Shown here one piece after another: positions 40,904 to 51,178 of a stretch of 64,000 nt of DNA. The notes under the pieces are model-generated. The model searched no databases. It saw only the letters and a list, made by a program, of their open reading frames with translations, and was not told the DNA's origin. Source of the DNA: Mytilus trossulus. Lineage: Eukaryota. The first letter of the stretch is position 1; each line of letters starts with the position of its first letter. Made by a program: the position numbers and the translations under genes. Location of the stretch: the NCBI RefSeq assembly GCF_036588685.1, contig NC_086379.1, forward strand, positions 84,258,001 through 84,322,000, written 5' to 3'.

Positions 40904-41178
40904 GATTTATATATTTTTTAAACTTTATCAAATGGCGTCACTGGTGACTACGGTAACAAAGAACTAGGTAAAATAACTATTTCGCGTCCGGGTTTTGGTG
41001 ATTATTATCCTTCATGAATTGTCTTTAAATGGTTTTAAAACATTATAAATCTTTAAAAAAATGCAATAAATTTATTTTAGATTTGGTTATTTTGGAAATG
41101 TTTACGTTATTTGAGTTGGAAATGTATACGAATTATAATAACGGGATTAAAATACTTATTTTTTAATTCGGAACAAAT
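40904..41178. promoter_or_regulatory. Bidirectional promoter and 5' UTRs shared by CCDC166 and LSM11
   Basis: 275 bp between divergent ATGs; YY1-like AAATGGCG (40930-40937) and X-box-like GTGACTACGGTAAC (40944-40957). Confidence 0.7.
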
Positions 41179-41554
41179 ATGTCTGCGCCCATGGAAAATA
41201 TTGCGGGAGAATTGAAAGTAGAAATATCTGAAAATATTCCTGAAGAATTAGATTTGACATCCCCAAATTTGAATCCTCTGAAAGCTCTTTACTCCGAAAA
41301 TGTATATTTGCCACACAAAAACCCAACAACGTTCAATAATCTGGCAGAATATGAAAATGTTGTTATCAAAGGAAATGTCACATCTAATAGAGGGAGGGGG
41401 AGAGGGAAAAAAGTCCCAAAAGCCACCAGAACAACTACCATAAAGCCACCTGCTGTAACAGAAGGTGTTAACACACAAGAATCCGATGAAAATACTGCTA
41501 AGATGTTAGCACGTAGAAAAAAAATGAATCGCAATGTACTGACAAGAATGTCGG
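41179..41554 (+). CDS. LSM11: LSM11 exon 1
   Basis: ATG at 41179, donor G|GTAAGA, phase 1. Confidence 0.92.
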
Positions 41555-44500
41555 GTAAGATCATTTGAAATAAGGAACTGGCTACGGTTACATGGAAATG
41601 TAGCAATAATAAAAATATTATTGTTACATGAATTTGTGCGTCTAAATCACTTTGTTTTATAATTTTTAATAATAAAATAATAAAAGCTGAAGACATTTAT
41701 TTTATTTTTGGAGCATGTTTAAGTCTGACACATTTTTTATGAAACCATCCCAAGGAGTCATCACACACCAGTGATGCCACATTGTGAATGTATCAGATAC
41801 TGTACAATTCCATTCTGCGATATTCCGCTTTTAGAAGATAAGGCAACCTATAATGTTTGCCATGGTTGCCATTGTCTATTACACTACTACCATTAACTAG
41901 TCTAACAAGCATCACTACAAATTAAATTATTAATACACATAGTGGGTAATACACAATTTCCAAGGTTGATCCGTTGTAGATAAATTTCTATCAAACTACA
42001 ACTTGGAAAAACATTTTGGTCAAATTGTATTGTGAAGGACAAAGCCCCTATTAAATGAGCACTGTCAATGAAAATATACTGTCATTGACTGTCATAATAT
42101 TATCAAATTGTTTTACAGAAATTGATGAAGGTCCCCTCACTATTCTAAAGAAAGCTGTGGAAAAACAACACAGAATTAAAGTTTGGACCAGAAGTGCTGT
42201 CACATGGAGGGGCTACTGCAAAGCTTATCTTATAGCTTTTGATAAACATTTTAACCTGGTAAGTCAAACTGTTCTGAAGCAGGGTGAAACTTTTGTATAA
42301 GACACCTCATAGCTTTTGATAAACATTTTAGTTGTGCTGAAATCAGATAAAAATAAACGGTTTTGTTTTTAGAATTTTATAAATAGGAATACAAGTGTAA
42401 TTTTAAAATGCCAATTGCTACCAATTCAGCCTTTGAAAAATAAAGATACTGTTTTAAAATATTTTTTTCAACTTTGAATTCAGGGGGAAAGGGGGGAGGG
42501 CATCCTTCATTTAAAGAACAAACTTGATACCCTTTTTCTTTATGTATTTTGACTAATATTCTGCACTCTTTATGTATTATTCATTCTTTTGAAAACACCA
42601 TTCAGACCCCTTCCAAATGATATTTAATCTATTTTATCAACTGACAAAATTAAAAAATTAAACCAGTTTACATATCATGTATTTGCAGGCATTGATGGAT
42701 GTTGATGAAACATATCGTATTCCCAAAGTGATCAGAAAACCTCTTCTGGAGACGGTAAGTATTCCTTTAATCTCCTCCTACATTCATGACATTACAAAAC
42801 TCAGCCTTAAGTATTTCTAGTCATCTATTCACATGAATGAGAGAACCTCTTCTGAAGACAGACCTAAAGTATTCCATTAATCTCCTCTTATATTACAAAA
42901 CTCAGCCTTAAGTATTTCTAGTCATCTATTCACATGAATGAGAGAACCTCTTCTGAAGACAGACCTAAAGTATTTCATTAATCTCCTCTTACATTACAAA
43001 ACTCAGTTTAGATTATTCCTAGTCTTAAGAAAACCTGTAGGAGATGATGAAAATTCCTTACAATTAAAAAACAAAAGAATTTTATATTGAAGTCACCTCT
43101 TCATTGTTGAAGGCCGTACAGTGACCGATAGTTGTTACTTTCTGTGACATTTGGTCTCTTGTGGAGATTTGTCTTATTGGCAATCACACAACATCTTCTT
43201 TTTTTAGATCTCAAGGTTGCACTTTGTCATGTTTGTTAATACATATAAAAAAGAAGATGTGGTATGATTGCCAATGAGACAACTATCCACTAAAGACCAA
43301 AATGTCACAAACATTAACAACTATAGGTCACCGTACGGCCTTCAACAATGAGCAAAGCCCATACCGCATAGTCAGCTAAAAAAGGCCCCGATAAAACAAT
43401 GTAAAACAATTCAAACGAGAAAACTAACGGCCTTATCTATGTAAAAAAATGAACGAAAAACAAATATATAACACATAAACAAACGACAGTTGTTTCACAA
43501 AGCACGCCTCTTTTGGAGCCATAATATTCAGACATTTTGTTTTGTTTACCTACTGGTTTTCAGGTATAATTTCTATGTTGCATCTTATAAAAGATCCTTG
43601 ATGAATATTGTTGTTGGTGTGTTTTTGTCTTGTGAAACATGTCCACCTCATTAAATGACTGCAGCAATCCCTTAAGTGTTCATAACAGCTTCATTAGTTT
43701 ATTATTGATTTCAGATTAAAGCCAAAATTTTTACCATCATGGTAGTAGGATGCTATCTGAAATTATTGTGAAAGATTATGTAATTTGGATATATATACAT
43801 TTAAGTACTGTATAGCAGGTGTGTTTATAGTATGAGTGTAAAATTTTGCGATTTTTATTGAATAAGGTATACAAAATATTTTGGTGGTTATTATTTTCGT
43901 GAATATTATTTGGAGATTTTTTTCTACCTGCAAAAATAAGCGAAAATTTATAACCACGAAAATAAATCTAGTCTACAGTATGTTATTTAAAATCAAATGT
44001 AAATTGAGTCAAATCAGTAAATATGCATTTGATATCTTATGCCCCTTCAACAATAATAATATTAAAACCAGAAAGACATCTTATACATGCAGGTCACCCT
44101 ACAATCTTTAAATTTGTAATTATTTTCAGAAATCAAAAGAAACAGAAAGGGATATTGCTATGCAAGGACTATCCAAGACAAGTAGTGATGAAAAGTTGAC
44201 ACAGGTACAATCTGAAAAAACATCAATACAACAATCAGAGAAGGAAGGAGGTGGTGAGGCATTAACAGGTGAGATCGAAGAAGGTCTTCAAGCATTAACA
44301 CATGAACAATCAGAGATGGCAGAAGGTTATAAAGCATTAACAAAGGAACAATGTCACATGACATTGAGTGAGAGATTAACAGACTGTACAGACAGTGAAG
44401 ATACAGATAGTGGTGTGGTGAGAATGACGGAAAATCTGTCTATCAATCAAACGTCAGCTATAACCCATTCAGACAAATATAGAGAGATTGCGTCAGAAGA

Positions 44501-44738
44501 CATTCACCAAGAGCAGACTTCTAGAACTAGTGAAATTTCTTCAATAGAACCAACTAATACTCAACAAATCTCAGAAAGTAGCTCTAAAGTGAAAACTACC
44601 TCGAGTGCTTCTAAATATGCCATGTGTTCACAAGAGAAAGATTATACAACAGAAATTGAGTACATAACCAAACATAGACATATTAATCAGCTGTTCGTCA
44701 GGGGAGATAATGTTGTGTCTGTTGCATTGTTAGATTAA
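41179..44738 (+). CDS. LSM11: U7 snRNA-associated Sm-like protein LSm11, 4 exons, 396 aa
   Basis: Exons 41179-41554, 42119-42258, 42689-42754, 44130-44738; total 1191 nt in frame. LDLTSPNLNPLKALY...FNNLAEYE N-terminal box, RNVLTRM, Sm1 CKAYLIAFDKHFNLALMDVDETY, Sm2 RHINQLFVRGDNVVSV. Confidence 0.95.
42119..42258 (+). CDS. LSM11: LSM11 exon 2
   Basis: Acceptor TTACAG, IDEGPL...FDKHFNL, donor GTAAGT. Confidence 0.92.
42689..42754 (+). CDS. LSM11: LSM11 exon 3
   Basis: Acceptor TTGCAG, ALMDVDETYRIPKVIRKPLLET, donor GTAAGT. Confidence 0.9.
42735..43025. repeat. Degenerate tandem repeat of about 101 bp (x2.8) starting in LSM11 exon 3
   Basis: AACCTCTTCTG(G/A)AGAC at 42738, 42844 and 42945; ATTACAAAACTCAG three times. 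Confidence 0.85.
43100..43488. mobile_element. Two family B copies in inverted orientation (43100-43205 minus; 43245-43488 plus)
   Basis: CATCTTCTTTTTTT ... AAAAAAGAAGATG about 40 nt apart. Confidence 0.8.
44130..44738 (+). CDS. LSM11: LSM11 exon 4 (terminal)
   Basis: Acceptor TTTCAG, acidic linker followed by the Sm2 motif, stop TAA. Confidence 0.9.
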   Translation, partial: KSKETERDIAMQGLSKTSSDEKLTQVQSEKTSIQQSEKEGGGEALTGEIEEGLQALTHEQSEMAEGYKALTKEQCHMTLSERLTDCTDSEDTDSGVVRMTENLSINQTSAITHSDKYREIASEDIHQEQTSRTSEISSIEPTNTQQISESSSKVKTTSSASKYAMCSQEKDYTTEIEYITKHRHINQLFVRGDNVVSVALLD

Positions 44739-46458
44739 AGTATCAGTCAGGGGAGATAATGTTGTGTCTGTTGCATTGTTAGATTAAAGTATCAGTCGGG
44801 GGAGATAATGTTGTGTCTGTTGCATTGTTAGATTAAAGTATCAGTCAGGGGAGATAATGTTGTGTCTGTTGCATTGTTAGATTAAAGTATCAGTCGGGGG
44901 AGATAATGTTGTGTCTGTTGCATTGTTAGATTAAAGTATCAGTCGGGGGAGATAATGTTGTGTCTGTTGCATTGTTAGATTAAAGTATCAGTCGGGGGAG
45001 ATAATGTTGTGTCTGTTGCATTGTTAGATTAAAGTATCAGTCGGGGGAGATAATGTTGTGTCTGTTGCATTGTTAGATTAAAGTATCAGTCAGGGGAGAT
45101 AATGTTGTGTCTGTTGCATTGTTAGATTAAAGTATCAGTCGGGGGAGATAATGTTGTGTCTGTTGCATTGTTAGATTAAAGTATCAGTCGGGGGAGATAA
45201 TGTTGTGTCTGTTGCATTGTTAGATTAAAGTATCAGTCGGGGGAGATAATGTTGTGTCTGTTGCATTGTTAGATTAAAGTATCAGTCGGGGGAGATAATG
45301 TTGTGTCTGTTGCATTGTTAGATTAAAGTATCAGTCGGGGGAGATAATGTTGTGTCTGTTGCATTGTTAGATTAAAGTATCAGTCGGGGGAGATAATGTT
45401 GTGTCTGTTGCATTGTTAGATTAAAGTATCAGTCGGGGGAGATAATGTTGTGTCTGTTGCATTGTTAGATTAAAGTATCAGTCGGGGGAGATAATGTTGT
45501 GTCTGTTGCATTGTTAGATTAAAGTATCAGTCAGGGGAGATAATGTTGTGTCTGTTGCATTGTTAGATTAAAGTATCAGTCAGGGGAGATAATGTTGTGT
45601 CTGTTGCATTGTTAGATTAAAGTATCAGTCGGGGGAGATAATGTTGTGTCTGTTGCATTGTTAGATTAAAGTATCAGTCGGGGGAGATAATGTTGTGTCT
45701 GTTGCATTGTTAGATTAAAGTATCAGTCGGGGGAGATAATGTTGTGTCTGTTGCATTGTTAGATTAAAGTATCAGTCGGGGGAGATAATGTTGTGTCTGT
45801 TGCATTGTTAGATTAAAGTATCAGTCGGGGGAGATAATGTTGTGTCTGTTGCATTGTTAGATTAAAGTATCAGTCAGGGGAGATAATGTTGTGTCTGTTG
45901 CATTGTTAGATTAAAGTATCAGTCAGGGGAGATAATGTTGTGTCTGTTGCATTGTTAGATTAAAGTATCAGTCGGGGGAGATAATGTTGTGTCTGTTGCA
46001 TTGTTAGATTAAAGTATCAGTCGGGGGAGATAATGTTGTGTCTGTTGCATTGTTAGATTAAAGTATCAGTCAGGGGAGATAATGTTGTGTCTGTTGCATT
46101 GTTAGATTAAAGTATCAGTCAGGGGAGATAATGTTGTGTCTGTTGCATTGTTAGATTAAAGTATCAGTCAGGGGAGATAATGTTGTGTCTGTTGCATTGT
46201 TAGATTAAAGTATCAGTCGGGGGAGATAATGTTGTGTCTGTTGCATTGTTAGATTAAAGTATCAGTCAGGGGAGATAATGTTGTGTCTGTTGCATTGTTA
46301 GATTAAAGTATCAGTCGGGGGAGATAATGTTGTGTCTGTTGCATTGTTAGATTAAAGTATCAGTCGGGGGAGATAATGTTGTGTCTGTTGCATTGTTAGA
46401 TTAAAGTATCAGTCAGGGGAGATAATGTTGTGTCTGTTGCATTGTTAGATTAAAGTAT
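44697..46458 (+). repeat. Minisatellite, 49-bp unit GTC(A/G)GGGGAGATAATGTTGTGTCTGTTGCATTGTTAGATTAAAGTATCA x36; first unit is the end of the LSM11 CDS
   Basis: Period 49 from 44697 to the last unit at 46412; one dimorphic A/G position. Confidence 0.98.
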
Positions 46459-47714
46459 AATTTTATGAGAGTTCTGTTTCATGTTTAGTTAAAAACACCT
46501 CCATTGTGAATTAAACTAAACTAAAACAAACCAGGTTCTCTCATGGCCAAGAGCCACACTTCCTGTCTGGTAAAATTGTAAACACTCAAATATCAACCTG
46601 ATCTCCTTTAGAAATGGTTTCCAAGTTATTGCTCGGAAACAACATTTAATAATAATAATAATAATAATTGCGTTTATACATCAGCCATCTTTTTATCAAT
46701 ATTCTCCCTGTCATGTTAACCATATTGAAACTTTTTCATGCCCCACCTAGGGGTATTGCTTTCCAGTCTCTGCATTTGTATTAGTTAAGGTTAAAGTTTT
46801 TGGTCATGGTAAATGAAGTTATGGATGAAGTTGAAGTCCAATCAACTTGAAACCTTAGTACAAATATTCCCTATGATAGGATCTTTCTAATGTTTATGCC
46901 AAATTACAGTTTTGACCCTAATTTTACAGGCCTTTGAACATAGAAAATGATAGAGCAAGTGGAGCATACAAAAATGACATATTCTTGTTTCTTAAAAATA
47001 TCTAACATATTTTACCTTAATTTAATGCTGTTCTTTAAAGGACCATAATTCCAGTATGGCTAAAGTAATAATCATCAATATTTATCCATTTGGTCATGAT
47101 TGGCCACTGTACCATTCCAAATTCATAACTGGATTTCTGATTGAAAATCCAAATTAATAAACCAAAATTACAATTTTTGGTACCTGTGAATACCCTTTAT
47201 AGTTGCTTTGTATCTTTTGTGTAGCTATTTCAACAGATTTTAAAGGGAAATTTAGCTTAGTTTTCTTGTTTGAATTGTTTTACATTTGTCATTTCAGGGC
47301 CTTTTATCATGTTTATAGCGGACTGCAGTATGGGCTTGTTAATTTCTGTGTCATTTGGTCGAATTGTCTCATTGGCAATAATACCGCATCTTCTTTTTTA
47401 TAACCACTTGTCAAATTCATGTTCACCTATTTAACTCAAATCTTTATATTTGATTTATAGCATATTAAAACATATATCCAAATTACAATAAGTCTAAAAT
47501 ACAGTTTTGAACAAAACATGTACTAGATAATTTATTTCAGAACTGCAAGTGTATTTCAGTGTAGAGAGTAAGACGTCATCTAATTAACTATCCAGATGAC
47601 CTCCAAATACTACCCACTGTCACATAACCCATTATAAGCATACATAAATAGAAATAGATTGTGACCATGTGTAATTGGGTTTTATAGGTCTGTTCAATTT
47701 TATGTTAAAGCTTA

Positions 47715-48795
47715 AACAAGAGTGCACACACTGAAATGTCTTGCCTTCTTTACTAACCATTGATATTTTGTTATAAGTCTTAAATATAAAGCTATACTTA
47801 AACTATCACATAAACTTAACATGATCCAAGAAAATGCAGTCTAGGTCATATAAACCGAATTAGAAATACATGTATACCTTACAATCATTCAATACACTAA
47901 GTATGTATATAGTTGACCTATTGCTTATAGTTTCTAAGACTTCACAAAGAAAAGCAAACACTGACCAATTATTGCTATGAGCCATGAAAATTAGGTCAAA
48001 TTCAGATGAAACATGCCAGGCAGACATGTGCGGAACAGCTTACAATCCTTCCATGCAACAAATATAGTTGACCTATTGCTTAGCATTTAAGAAAAACAGA
48101 CCAAAACACAAAACTAAACACTGACTCAGTGAGCAATAAAACCTAAGAAACTGACATATACATCATAAAATATTTCCATACACAAAATATAGTAGGCCTA
48201 CCGGTAATCCATCTTGTACTAGAAAAAAAAAATCTAAAAAAAATTGACTTTGACAACCGAACCATGAAAATGAGGTCTAGGTCAGATGACACCTGCCAGT
48301 TGGACATGTACAACTTGCAATCATTCTAAACTCCAAATATAGTAGACCTATTGCATACAGTATACGAAAATCACACCAAAACTTGACTATAACCATAAAA
48401 ATGAAGTCAAGGGCAGATGACATCTGCAAGTTGGACATCCCTTACATTCTTTCCATACACCAAATATACTAGACCTATTGCTTATAGTATCTGAGATATG
48501 GACTTCATCACCAAACCTTAACCTTGTTAACTGATCAATTAAATGAGATAGAGGTCAAGTGAAACCTGTCCAACAGTCCTGATGACCTCACAAGGTACAC
48601 ACATACCAAATATAGTTATCCTATTACTCTTTAAGTTGTTTTGTAGTAACCAAACCATGAAATTGAGGTCAAGGACAATGGTCTTCAAACTTGTGACAGA
48701 CAGAAACTTCGTAACATAAGGCATCTATTAAGTTAGCTAATGTTGCCGCCCCTGGATCACTATCCCTATGTCGAGCTTTGTGTGACAAAAGTCCT
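47715..48795 (+). mobile_element. HINE/MITE-like element with degenerate tandem core (ATAGTTGACCTATTGC, CATGAAAATGAGGTC repeats)
   Basis: Starts AACAAGAGTG; several degenerate internal repeats of roughly 120-190 bp. Confidence 0.55.
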
Positions 48796-49399
48796 CGAAA
48801 CAACAAAGTTAATTATTCTTTTACCTGTATAGAAATGATTTATTGTGGATCTGATCTGTCAACAAAATGGTTAAGCTTTGTTTCACTTTAAATGTTGATA
48901 TCTTTCATTTCTTTTAGTGGCTGAACATGACTAATGCATGCATAACCAATCTCTATCAGGTTTTAATTGAAAGTCGTATGAAAATGGATTCAATGAGATA
49001 TTTCTCTGCTTATTTTGACAAATTGTCTGCTAAAAACAATTCATTATTTCACTTTTAATAATGATTGAACCAAACGAAATTATATATATTTTTTTTTCAT
49101 ATTTTGTAGCTAGTGCCCCTTTCAGAGTTCTAGTAGTTCTTATATTGTGCTTTTGCACCACTGTCCCATGTAAAGGGAGAGTTAAGGGCTCACAAATATG
49201 TTTGACCTTGCCACATTATCTTTGTCACAAGGCACAAGTCTGTAATTCAGTAGTTATAAATGGTTGCTGTGTTTTATTTATTTAGGTTTTTCAGGTTTGA
49301 ATTATTTAATCTATTATTTTGGAATCCTTGTTTATTATGTTTATATATTATTGAGGTGAATTAGCCTTTGGAAATACATTAGCAGCAAATTGTTTGTTA

Positions 49400-49690
49400 A
49401 TACTTTAACCCAACGGCATTTTTGCACCCATCTCAACATGCTAAAGTCAGGAGCCTCTAACTTTGTAGGTATTTTAACTGTAGTTCATTTATATGTTTTG
49501 GAGTTAATTATAACGTCCATTTTCTCTAAACAAGTACACATTTTTGTTTAGGGGCTAATTTAAGTCGCCTCCCTGTGCAGGATATTGTTGCTGTGTTGAA
49601 GACCCATAGGCGCCCTTCGACTGTTTTCTTGCTCTTTTGTTTCGTTGTTGTCTCTTTGACACATTCCCCATTTCCATTCTCAATTTTATT
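49400..49690 (-). mobile_element. Repeat family C copy (diverged) just 3' of NAF1
   Basis: GACACATTCCCCATTTCCATTCTCAATTTTATT terminus. Confidence 0.7.
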
Positions 49691-49760
49691 ATTATTTATC
49701 TAAGCAACAGACATTGAGTATAAAATTTTATTCACAATGTACTGAAGAATTCATTTGACA

Positions 49761-51178
49761 TCAATAAGGTTGGTTATTAAACTGTGGTCCTCCACCAAAA
49801 CTTGGTTGATTATTTTGAAAGGGTGTTGGATGTCTGCCTTTGTTGTATTCTATATTCTGTATGTAACGATTGTCAACGACAGATCTACTGGGGTTCTGTC
49901 CAGTCTGTCCCTGGCTAACACTATTATTACACATAATATTCTCTGTATTTCTATTGATCATTGTCTGATTGTTATCGTAAGATGTTGGAGCAGGTCCTTG
50001 TGAAAAATTACTATTCTGATAGGGAATATAAGAACCAGAATTTTGATCATTTTGAACACCGTAATTAGAGTTATTTCTTGGTGTAGGTGCTTGCCAGCTT
50101 GTATTGTCAGAATCTGAAGTTCTGGTTGGAGCCTGCCAACTAGTATTGTTAGGATTTGAAGACTTTGGTGCCTGCCAATTTGTATTGTTAGGATTTGAAG
50201 GCCTTCCTGGTGCCTGCCAATTTGTATTATTAGGATTTGAAGACCATTCAGGTGCTTGCCACATATTATTATCAGAACTTGAAGGCCCTGATGGTGCCTG
50301 CCAATTTGAATTGTCCGAACCTGAAGGTCTTGAAGGTGCTTGCCAATTTGTATTTGCAGAACTTGAAAATCTTGAAGGTTCCTGCCAACTTGTATTGTCA
50401 GAACCTGACGACCTTGAAGGTGCTTGCCAGTTTGTATTGTCAGAAGACCTTGAAGGTGCTTGCCAGTTTGTATTGTCAGAAGACCTTGAAGGTGCTTGCC
50501 AGTTTGAATCACCTGAATCACTACAACCCGCAGGTGCTTGCCAATTACCACCAGGTTGATGATTTGTGACAGGTTGTTGCCATTTATCACTTGTCTGCTG
50601 GTTTGAAACTGATTGTTGCCAATTATCAGTAGATTGATTATTGGTGGCAAGCTGTTGCCAATTACTATTATCTGTTTGAAAAGGTGCATTATTTTGTTTA
50701 GTATGATTGTGTCCTTGCCATGCTTGCTCAGATGCATTACTATTAGAGTTCTGCTTGAAAGTAATATTACTCTTTGAGGCTCCAAATGGTTGGCAGTTAC
50801 TGGTCTTTTGAAGAGCATTTGTATTACTCCATTGGTTAGATCCAAAACTGAAGTTTGGCGGAGGTTTACTAAGATCTTGATTAAACATCATCTGCCCCGA
50901 ATTGTTTCCCTGTGGTGGCTGGAAATCATAGGCATTATTACGAGGAGGCTGATTAAAAGGTCCAGAGTTTCCACTGAAAGTTTGTCCTCCTTGATTGACA
51001 TTACTTGGCCCATTACTGGCATTGAATCGAGGCCTGTTTCCTTGATGTTGTGGTTGATGAGGAAACCTTGGGTTGTTATGGTTTGGAGGACCTCTTGGTT
51101 GAAATTTATTATGCTGTCCACCAAATGGAGCAAACTTTCTTGGACCTTGATGTCTTTGAGCACCAGGATTGAAATTAC
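49761..51178 (-). CDS. NAF1: NAF1 terminal exon, N/Q/S/P/G-rich with WQAP repeats
   Basis: Acceptor TTTTAG, open for 472 codons to TGA; AATAAA (minus) at 49727-49732. Confidence 0.8.

Larger units (their letters stand above)
40650..41660. repeat. Perfect 33-bp inverted repeat pair (40650-40682 and 41628-41660)
   Basis: ATAAAACAAAGTGATTTAGACGCACAAATTCAT / ATGAATTTGTGCGTCTAAATCACTTTGTTTTAT. Confidence 0.95.

Noticed and set aside
40752-40967. Plus-strand ORF with PFFPFFPFPFF
   Set aside because: Antisense of the Lys/Gly-rich CCDC166 exon 1
49958-50845. Alternative-frame and antisense ORFs over the NAF1 tail (295, 151 and 110 aa)
   Set aside because: Explained by in-frame 36-42-bp repeats that happen to lack stops; several start at non-ATG codons and none has splice support
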